From positions 192,001-256,000 of the forward strand of contig CAVVYZ010000005.1 of NCBI GenBank assembly GCA_963752595.1: a DNA stretch of 64,000 bases, written 5' to 3'. Both the position numbers and the translations under genes were made by a program. Every line of letters starts with the position of its first letter. The stretch's first letter is position 1. This document shows, piece by piece, positions 31,132-39,837 of this stretch. This DNA is from an uncultured delta proteobacterium (GTDB taxonomy: Bacteria > Desulfobacterota > Desulfomonilia > UBA1062). A model generated the notes under the pieces. The model worked only from the letters and a program-made list of their open reading frames with translations. It did not search any database and had not been told where the DNA came from.

Positions 31132-31715
31132 CTCCGCTCGCCGATAAACTTCTCTGGACAGCGCTTATCATGGCGCTCGCTCTCGGAATCCTCTTTGACG
31201 CAAGCTCTCTTCCCGAAGACATGAGCAGGGTAAACCACATCCCCGCCCAAGGCCTCGGGTTTACCAGTGTTGACATACCCTTGAGCTCAAGCGAGCTTTC
31301 CCTGTACTCAAAGGCAGAGGTAGTCAAAAGGTATTATCAGCTGGGCAAGGACCGGTTCATGCTTATCGCCATAGACGGCGCGAAGAACAGGCATGCAGTG
31401 CATGATCCGATATATTGCTTCCAAGGCGCCGGATGGCAGATCGCTGAGAAAATTGCAGTGCCGGTCGAAAGTGGAGAAGCCCTCCTGCTTCTTCTTGAAA
31501 AGAACGGTTCGTATCGCGAGGTGGCGTACTGGTTTACGGACGGTAAAAACCGCCACACCTCTGTGGTGCGATACTGGATTCAAGCAACCTTGCGGAGGAT
31601 AACCATGGGCCGTTCCGGCAAAGAGCCCATCCTGATCATGCTCCAATCCGTTGATGAACACCCGGCGAATTTCAGGAAGATATTCGATCAGTTCGGAGTA
31701 TTATTTGTACTATAA
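31128..31715 (+). CDS. Exosortase-associated EpsI-like protein
   Basis: N-terminal TM helix, VHDPIYCFQGAGW, VAYWF. Confidence 0.8.
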   Translation: MTPLADKLLWTALIMALALGILFDASSLPEDMSRVNHIPAQGLGFTSVDIPLSSSELSLYSKAEVVKRYYQLGKDRFMLIAIDGAKNRHAVHDPIYCFQGAGWQIAEKIAVPVESGEALLLLLEKNGSYREVAYWFTDGKNRHTSVVRYWIQATLRRITMGRSGKEPILIMLQSVDEHPANFRKIFDQFGVLFVL

Positions 31716-31784
31716 CGTACTCATGTGCTTGATCACACATCCGAATCACCACCAAGACACTCTTTCACCCAAGGAGCCTTACCC

Positions 31785-33284
31785 ATGAGACGCAACCCTG
31801 TGGCCATCCTCGGTATACCCATCGACTGTTTTACCATGGATGAGACCATTCAGTACATCTTCCACCTTATGGAATGCTATGCCTCCGACAAAAAGTCCCG
31901 GCTTGTCTGTACGGCAAATACCGATTTCATCGTGAACACGTTGAGCTGGGATCTCAAGAAAACAAGCCACCCCGAACTCCTTGACATCCTCAGGAAAGCT
32001 GACCTGGTCACGGCAGACGGGATGCCGATCGTATGGACGAGCAAGTTACTCGGCCCGGCAATACCGCACCGGGTCACCGGCTCCGACCTCGTACCCAAGC
32101 TTGCCGAACAAGCTGCCCTGCGAAAAAAATCCATTTACTTCCTGGGGGGATACTCCGGCTCTGCAAAGAATGCATCAGTTATACTCAAAGACCGTTACCA
32201 GGGTCTTGTCATTGCAGGATGGGATTCCCCCTTTGTTCACATCCACGGCAAAGAACTCGCCAATGCATATGAGAACGATGAAGACATTGTAGCCCGGATC
32301 AATGCATCCAAGGCAGACATCCTCTTTATCGCCTTCGGGAATCCCAAGCAGGAAATCTGGTTTGAACGGAACCGGCACAGACTGCAGGTACCGGTATCCA
32401 TCGGCATCGGAGGCACATTCGACTTCATTACCGGAGAGATAGCCCGCGCCCCGGTATGGATGCGCGATGCAGGCCTGGAGTGGCTGTTTCGGTTCATCCA
32501 GGACCCAAGACGCCTGTGGAAACGCTATCTTGTGGATTTTCTCAAGTTCGGCTTCCTCCTCTGGCCGTCAATCATTTCCTACCGGTATGCAAAGGCAGTC
32601 GCACCCCATGATTACCTGAAAAGATGCAAGGGCAAGGTATCGTATAAATACATGACAAGAGGGAGCGAAGAGGTTTTCTCCGTGACGCTGCCGGGAGCCG
32701 TTGACAGAGAAACGGCTTCCCGCGTGGAAAGTATCATTCCCAAACGTCCCATGGCGCATCTGATTATAGATTTTACCGATACGGCGTTCATCGATTCTGC
32801 GGGCTTGGGCTTTCTCATGAAGCTCATGCTCGATTGGAGTGCCGGAGGTTATGATAGTTCTCTTGTAGGTCTCAATCCTTCAATGAAAAAGTGTTTAGCC
32901 TATAATCGTCTCCACGATCTCTGCTCATCCAGACAATTTACTGCCATTGAAGACGTCCTTGAGCATCTTGACACCAAGGGTGCGGAGCACGGGCATCAGA
33001 CATATCTCGAGGAAGAAGAAGGGGTAAGCACGATCAAGATTTCGGGGGACTTAAGACCTGCAGGTATCCCATTGAATGAGATTAAGACTCTGGCTTCTTT
33101 GGTGAGAACGAAGACGTGTACGATCGATCTCTCCAAGGTAATTTCAGTAAACAGCTCGGGTGTAATTTTCCTTCTCAAACTGAAATCTTCGCTTAAAGAA
33201 CTCAGTAAGTCCTGCACTGTAACCGGCGCAACAGGCAGTGTGGAGCAGATGCTTAAAAAAACGAAGACCTGGAGACTCCTTTAA
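31785..33284 (+). CDS. WecB/TagA/CpsF (GT26) glycosyltransferase fused to two STAS domains
   Basis: TADGMPIVW, RVTGSDL, FGNPKQE, RAPVWM..GLEWLFR...RLWKRY, then IDFTDTAFIDSAGLG and IDLSKVISVNSSGV. An alternative GTG start lies at 31725. Confidence 0.88.
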   Translation: MRRNPVAILGIPIDCFTMDETIQYIFHLMECYASDKKSRLVCTANTDFIVNTLSWDLKKTSHPELLDILRKADLVTADGMPIVWTSKLLGPAIPHRVTGSDLVPKLAEQAALRKKSIYFLGGYSGSAKNASVILKDRYQGLVIAGWDSPFVHIHGKELANAYENDEDIVARINASKADILFIAFGNPKQEIWFERNRHRLQVPVSIGIGGTFDFITGEIARAPVWMRDAGLEWLFRFIQDPRRLWKRYLVDFLKFGFLLWPSIISYRYAKAVAPHDYLKRCKGKVSYKYMTRGSEEVFSVTLPGAVDRETASRVESIIPKRPMAHLIIDFTDTAFIDSAGLGFLMKLMLDWSAGGYDSSLVGLNPSMKKCLAYNRLHDLCSSRQFTAIEDVLEHLDTKGAEHGHQTYLEEEEGVSTIKISGDLRPAGIPLNEIKTLASLVRTKTCTIDLSKVISVNSSGVIFLLKLKSSLKELSKSCTVTGATGSVEQMLKKTKTWRLL

Positions 33285-33402
33285 TACGGTTACCCTTTAG
33301 GATGGCATCATCGAAACAAGACCAAGAGAGGTATCCAAGAAGGAGCCCCCCGGCATAACCGTAAAAGCTCACCATCCTTAAAGAGCGCAAATGAACTATT
33401 CT

Positions 33403-33429
33403 AACCCGGCCGTGGGGCCGGGTTTTTTT
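33403..33429 (+). terminator. Intrinsic terminator closing the EPS locus
   Basis: AACCCGGCC-gtgg-GGCCGGGTT followed by a T-run, between convergent genes. Confidence 0.8.
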
Positions 33430-33455
33430 ATTCTCGTGGGGACACTTCCCCTGTA

Positions 33456-34547
33456 TCAGAAGATGAATCTCCTCCATGATACGTTGAGCACGAGCCCTAT
33501 ACATATCAGGTTAATAAACATGAAGGAACCGCCGTAGCTGACAAAAGGCAACGGTACGCCCACGACCGGGAATATTCCTACCGCCATAGATATATTGATG
33601 AAAATGTGCAAGGTGAAATATCCGGCGATGCCGAAGCACAGCATTGCCCCGAACCGGTCTTTTGCCTTGTAGCCTATCTGGATGATTTTCGTGACGAGGA
33701 CGATATAGAGGAAGATGAGCAGGGCTGAGCCTGCAAAGCCCCATTCCTCTGCTACGACCGAAAAGATGAAATCCGTATGATGCTCGGGCAGGAAACTCAG
33801 CTGCGTCTGTGTGCCTTCCAGGAAGCCCTTTCCCCAGAGGCCGCCCGAGCCGACCGCTATTTTGGATTGTGTCGCGTGATACCCGCTGCCGAGAGGGTCC
33901 CTGCTGGGATCGAGGAAGGTGAATATCCTGTTTCGCTGATAATCCCTCAAGGCAAGCCAGCCGAAAGGAAGGATCGAAATGAACAGGACGCTCAAGGTAA
34001 TAAAGGTGGACCGTTTTATTCCCAGGAGCAGCAGCATGATCAGCGCGATCAGCCCCACAATCCCTGATGTGCCGAGATCCGGCTCGGCAAGGATGAGCCC
34101 TACCGGGACAAAGATAAAGAAGGCAGGCAATAAGAGCTCCTTCATGCCATACCCCTCAAAGTAGTTTTTCTTTTCTCCCCAATATGCCATCCAGATTATG
34201 ATAATAATCTTTGCCAGCTCGGAAGGCTGAAGTCCCAAGGGTCCGATGGAAATCCATCTCCTTGCACCGCCTATCTCCCTGCCGATGACCAGGACAAGGA
34301 GAAGGCCCAGGACCATCATGCTGTACAGTGGCCAGGCAAGCCTCATGTGCACCCGGTAATCAACGGCAAAGGCGATTATCATTATAACTGTGCCCGCACA
34401 GATCCACATGAGCTGCTTGAAGAAGATAGAGATCTGCGAAACCCTGACCGCACTGTATACGCAGAGCAGTCCGATAGCCATAATGGCGAGGGTGGTCGTG
34501 AGAAGCCCCCAGTCGATGTTATTGGTTATCTTGTCGTACCTGCTCAT
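33456..34547 (-). CDS. rodA: Rod shape-determining protein RodA
   Basis: GARRWI, QPSELAK, PDLGT, PEHHTDFIF, SYGGS. Confidence 0.95.
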   Translation of the reverse strand: MSRYDKITNNIDWGLLTTTLAIMAIGLLCVYSAVRVSQISIFFKQLMWICAGTVIMIIAFAVDYRVHMRLAWPLYSMMVLGLLLVLVIGREIGGARRWISIGPLGLQPSELAKIIIIIWMAYWGEKKNYFEGYGMKELLLPAFFIFVPVGLILAEPDLGTSGIVGLIALIMLLLLGIKRSTFITLSVLFISILPFGWLALRDYQRNRIFTFLDPSRDPLGSGYHATQSKIAVGSGGLWGKGFLEGTQTQLSFLPEHHTDFIFSVVAEEWGFAGSALLIFLYIVLVTKIIQIGYKAKDRFGAMLCFGIAGYFTLHIFINISMAVGIFPVVGVPLPFVSYGGSFMFINLICIGLVLNVSWRRFIF

Positions 34548-36354
34548 CGGAAAGCCCCTTTGAGTAATAGTATCCCTTTATTACGTCCCTGACGATCGGT
34601 GCCGCAATGGACGCCCCATGCCCCCCGTGTTCCACGATTGCAACCACAAGAATCTCCGGGTTCTCCACAGGTGAAAATCCGAAAAACCATGCATGATCCC
34701 TCCACTTATACGGGATATCGGCCTCATCAGGCAGCTTGGAGACCATACCTTTTATCACCTGTACTGTGCCGGTTTTCCCGCCGATGGAGAACATCGGGTC
34801 CTTGATTGCCCGTGCGGTTCCCCTTTCGTTATCCACCACAGACAGGAGGCCTCTTTTGATGACATTGAGCTCTTCGCTGCCGATATTGAAATTCGTCTCC
34901 TGCTTTTGAGGAGTTGATGCCAGGATCCTCGGTGTCAGGACCTTTCCGCCGTTCACTATGCCGCTCATGACCTTTGCCACCTGCAGCGGAGTCACCAATG
35001 TGAATCCCTGCCCGATTGCCGTGATGACGCTTTCACCCCTCTGCCAGGGCTGGCCGAAACGCTTTCGTTTCCATTCGTCGGAGGGAACGAGGCCTGTTGC
35101 TTCGTCTTTGAACTCGATTCCTGTAGGCCTGCCGAGACCGAGTTCTGAACAGAATGCCGACATCCGGTTGATGCCGAGCCTTTCTCCCAAATTATAAAAG
35201 TACACGTCGCATGAGATGGTGAGGGCTTCCACGAGACCGATGCTCCCATGGCCTTCTTTGCGCCAGCACTTAAACACGGTATTACCAAGGGTAAATTTCC
35301 CGGGACAGTAATACTTGTCCGTGGGCGTAATGAATTTGTTTGTCAGGGCCAGGGCCGATACAAGCACCTTGAACATGGACCCGGGGGAGTACTGACCGCG
35401 GATTGCCCTGTTCTCAAGGGGATGCATCGGATCGCTGATGATTCCATTCCAGACCTCCGGGGGCATGGGAGTCAGAAAAATCGTCGGATCATAAGAAGGC
35501 GAAGAGACCATGGCGAGGATCTCACCGGTAAACGGGTTGATTGCCACTACCGCACCTGCCCTTTCCCCCAGAGACTGTTTGGCGATGAGCTGAAGCCTTT
35601 TATCGATGGTGAGGACGACATCTTCACCCGATATGGGGGACTGTTCGTCTATTACCCTCATCTTCCTGCCCAAGGCGTCCACCTCGAAGGCCCTTGTCCC
35701 CTTAACCCCCCGCAATTTCTTCTCGCAGAGGTATTCCACACCGGACTTCCCGATGAGATCACCGGGAGAATAGCCGTCTTCAGGACTTAATTTCATGAGC
35801 TGCTTGCGGGAGATCTCGCCCAGGAATCCCAGCACATGCGGAGAGACCTCTTTGGAGAGGTAATCCCTCTCATTCGCGGTATCGATCGATATCCCCGGCA
35901 GGGTAAAGAGCTGGCTCTCAATGCTGGCCATCTGGGAAAAACTGATGTCTCTGGCAATATAGACAGGACTGAAAGGCTTCCTTTTGGCTTCCTTAATCTT
36001 ATCGGAGATCTCCTTCTGGTCGCGATCAAGAAGGTCGGAGAGTCTCTTTGAAACATCGGAAATTTTAACGATGTCCTCGGGTATTACCATGACATTATAC
36101 GCAGGCCTGCTGTCTGCAAGGACTTCATGATTCCTGTCGAAGATCTTGCCCCTCTGGGCAGGAATGCTTACGACCCGCATCCGGTTATTGCGGGCAAGCC
36201 CCTCGTAGAAGGAGGATCTTAATATCTGCATGTTCGTCAGCCGGAGCAGAAGGATGGTGAAGAGAAGGATGACAAAGGCCGTCAGGTACTTCCCCCGGCT
36301 TTTAAGTTCCTCTTCGAGAATCTGTCCGGGAATATTATGATCCATACACGTCAT
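34519..36354 (-). CDS. mrdA: Penicillin-binding protein 2
   Basis: RGKIFDR, PGSMFK (SxxK), SCD, KTGT. Confidence 0.95.
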   Translation of the reverse strand: MTCMDHNIPGQILEEELKSRGKYLTAFVILLFTILLLRLTNMQILRSSFYEGLARNNRMRVVSIPAQRGKIFDRNHEVLADSRPAYNVMVIPEDIVKISDVSKRLSDLLDRDQKEISDKIKEAKRKPFSPVYIARDISFSQMASIESQLFTLPGISIDTANERDYLSKEVSPHVLGFLGEISRKQLMKLSPEDGYSPGDLIGKSGVEYLCEKKLRGVKGTRAFEVDALGRKMRVIDEQSPISGEDVVLTIDKRLQLIAKQSLGERAGAVVAINPFTGEILAMVSSPSYDPTIFLTPMPPEVWNGIISDPMHPLENRAIRGQYSPGSMFKVLVSALALTNKFITPTDKYYCPGKFTLGNTVFKCWRKEGHGSIGLVEALTISCDVYFYNLGERLGINRMSAFCSELGLGRPTGIEFKDEATGLVPSDEWKRKRFGQPWQRGESVITAIGQGFTLVTPLQVAKVMSGIVNGGKVLTPRILASTPQKQETNFNIGSEELNVIKRGLLSVVDNERGTARAIKDPMFSIGGKTGTVQVIKGMVSKLPDEADIPYKWRDHAWFFGFSPVENPEILVVAIVEHGGHGASIAAPIVRDVIKGYYYSKGLSDEQVRQDNQ

Positions 36355-36826
36355 ATGCCGACTGCAAGCGGCCCACGATCGATCTCATGACCGGGGTGAC
36401 AAACCCGGTGATTCCCATACCCGCAATCAGGGGAACAGTTGCATCTTCCAGGAAATGGGAGCCGACAATCACTGCTGTGGCAGAGGCCATGAGAGAATAA
36501 AAAAAGATACCCAGGAGCGCCTGGGTAAAAACATTTTCAAGATAGATCACATTCTTGAGTATGTCGATGATAATGAAAACGGCAATATAAATAAGCGGTA
36601 TGAACCCGATCCTAGCTCCGGAGAACGCCTGGAGTATGAGGGATGCGAGGATGATGAATGGGAACCCCTGGGAAAAGGGAACAAAGATGATCTGGCCGAT
36701 AATCATGCCGATGAGAAAATCGACCCGTAAGGGGGCCCAAATTAAAGGGATGATTCCGACCTCGAGCAGGATGGCCGCAAATAGTATCCCGAAAAGGCTA
36801 ATCTGAAACTTCCATATTTTGAGCAA
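36335..36826 (-). CDS. mreD: Probable MreD
   Basis: Hydrophobic ~160-aa protein between mreC and mrdA; called mainly on synteny. Confidence 0.6.
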   Translation of the reverse strand: MLKIWKFQISLFGILFAAILLEVGIIPLIWAPLRVDFLIGMIIGQIIFVPFSQGFPFIILASLILQAFSGARIGFIPLIYIAVFIIIDILKNVIYLENVFTQALLGIFFYSLMASATAVIVGSHFLEDATVPLIAGMGITGFVTPVMRSIVGRLQSAYDVYGS

Positions 36827-37615
36827 TGCCGAATATCCCCTCGATCTTATTCATCTCCACGCACGGCCTCACCACGATATCCGCGAAGATCTTGTTCACA
36901 TCCCTCTTTACTTCCTGTACATATCCTATCTTAAGCCCCTTGGGAAACGTGCCGAGCAATCCGGAGGTAACCACGCACTCCCCGACCTTTACGTCCTCGG
37001 TCCTGCGAACGTACTCAAGACTCAGGAGGTTTCCGCCTCTTCCCTTGATAATTCCTTTTACCCGCGAAGATTCGATCACGGAAGGGATGGCGCTGTTCGG
37101 GTCCGTGATCAGGAGAATCTGGGCGGTATGGGGCGCGACGGCAACGACCTTGCCCACAACGCCCTCAGGACTCAAAACCGCCATGTCCAGACGGAAGCCG
37201 TTGTTTAATCCCTTGTCAATCACAGCGGTCTTGAAGATAAGGGTGATATCGTGGGAAAGGAGGCTTGCCGGGATCAGGGAGAGGTCCTGCCGTTCATTTT
37301 TAAACTCGAGCATTGCCTTGTATCGCCTGTTCTCTGATTTGAGCTCTTCCATAGTCATGCACTGGACCCGGAGAACATCGACCTGTTTTTTGAGCTCCTT
37401 GTTTTCCCTGCTCGTGTTCACCAGGCCGATATAGCTATCCCAGATGTCGGCCACGAAGGAAAACGGAGAGGTAATGACCTTATCGAAAATGTAATACCCT
37501 TCCCGGACATAGTTTATGCCTAGAGCAGATGGGCTGTACTGTCCGGTAGAGAGCAAAACAAGGATAAGGGCTGCTGCGCATGTGAGCAAAAATATCCTTG
37601 TATTACTTCTTACCA

Positions 37616-37616
<1 letters not shown>
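36798..37616 (-). CDS. mreC: Rod shape-determining protein MreC
   Basis: Coiled coil, IDKG, GVVGKV, VTSGLLGTFPKG. Confidence 0.92.
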
Positions 37617-38659
<1,043 letters not shown>

Positions 38660-38789
38660 CTACTCCTTTCCTTCACTCGGCTCTATATTTGTTAAGCCGT
38701 CTTAACAAATACCCACCCCTTTGACAAGAGAAATGGAGGCTATCATCTCTTGCTTTACTGTTCCTGGTTATGATAGCAATGCATCCACG

Positions 38790-39806
38790 ATGTATCCAAC
38801 TTGTACCATAATACTTGCCGCAGGAAAAGGAACTAGATTAAAATCTGCAAAACCAAAGGTTATGCATGAGATCCTCGGCTGTCCGCTGATTTTTTACCCG
38901 ATCAACCTCGCGCAGAAGATCGGCTCGAGCATTATCGGCGTCATCGGCCACGGAAGGGAGATCGTGGGCCCTTATCTGGATCGGTACTCCGTAACCAAGG
39001 TGGTACAGGATCCTCCTCTGGGCACAGGCCACGCAATCCTGATGACACGCGATGCTCTGAAAGAGACGCCTGCCAAAGATGTGATCATCATCCCCGGCGA
39101 CATGCCCCTGATAGAATACTCGTCGATAGCTTCACTCATCGAGATTTATCGGAAATCGGGCACACCCATCGGTGTGCTCACGGCCTGCCTGCCCGATCCC
39201 TTCGGTTACGGAAGGATCATCCGCGACGAGAAGAATAATGTACGGGCCATCGTCGAACATAACGATGCCACAGACGAACAGAGAAAGATAAACGAGATCA
39301 ATACCGGTGTGTATATCATCGACAAGGCATTCCTTCTGGACGCGGTGAGCCGTCTTTCTCCGGACAATGCAAAACAGGAGCTCTACCTCACTGATATCGT
39401 TCAGATGGCGGACTTCGCCTCATCTTTTATCACCCCGGACTTTAATGAAGCCCACGGCATAAACTCGAGAATGCAGCTCAGCCAGGCTGCGGCAATCATG
39501 CAGCAGCGCATCAACAGATCCTTCATGGACGAAGGAGTGACGCTCATCGATCCGGGCAGCGTATGGATCAGCCCTCTCGCCACTATCGGAACCGATGTCG
39601 AGATATGGCCCCATACCCATATTATGGGCCGCAGCACCGTTGATTCTCAGGTGAGGATCATGCCCAATACCTGGATCAGCAACTCGCATATCGGCACCAG
39701 GAGTTTTATCGGGCATTATAACCTGATAGAAGATGCAAAGATCACCCCTGATACCACCTTACCTCCTTACTCCCGTATTCAGGGGTCAAGACCTGAGGCT
39801 GATTGA
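38790..39806 (+). CDS. glmU: GlmU-like uridyltransferase with shortened beta-helix (338 aa)
   Basis: LAAGKGTRLKS..PKV, LGTGHA, GYGRI, EINTG, ELYLTD, GINSR. The C terminus ends after a few hexapeptide turns. Confidence 0.8.
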   Translation: MYPTCTIILAAGKGTRLKSAKPKVMHEILGCPLIFYPINLAQKIGSSIIGVIGHGREIVGPYLDRYSVTKVVQDPPLGTGHAILMTRDALKETPAKDVIIIPGDMPLIEYSSIASLIEIYRKSGTPIGVLTACLPDPFGYGRIIRDEKNNVRAIVEHNDATDEQRKINEINTGVYIIDKAFLLDAVSRLSPDNAKQELYLTDIVQMADFASSFITPDFNEAHGINSRMQLSQAAAIMQQRINRSFMDEGVTLIDPGSVWISPLATIGTDVEIWPHTHIMGRSTVDSQVRIMPNTWISNSHIGTRSFIGHYNLIEDAKITPDTTLPPYSRIQGSRPEAD

Positions 39807-39837
39807 CTTTTTCAGCCTTGAAACCTAAATAAACGCT

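Noticed and set aside
33320-33362. SAM-I or glycine riboswitch-like words (CAAGAGAGGT, CCCGGCATAACC, GAAGGAG)
   Set aside because: Core helices are missing, and the site lies between convergent 3' ends with no gene to regulate.
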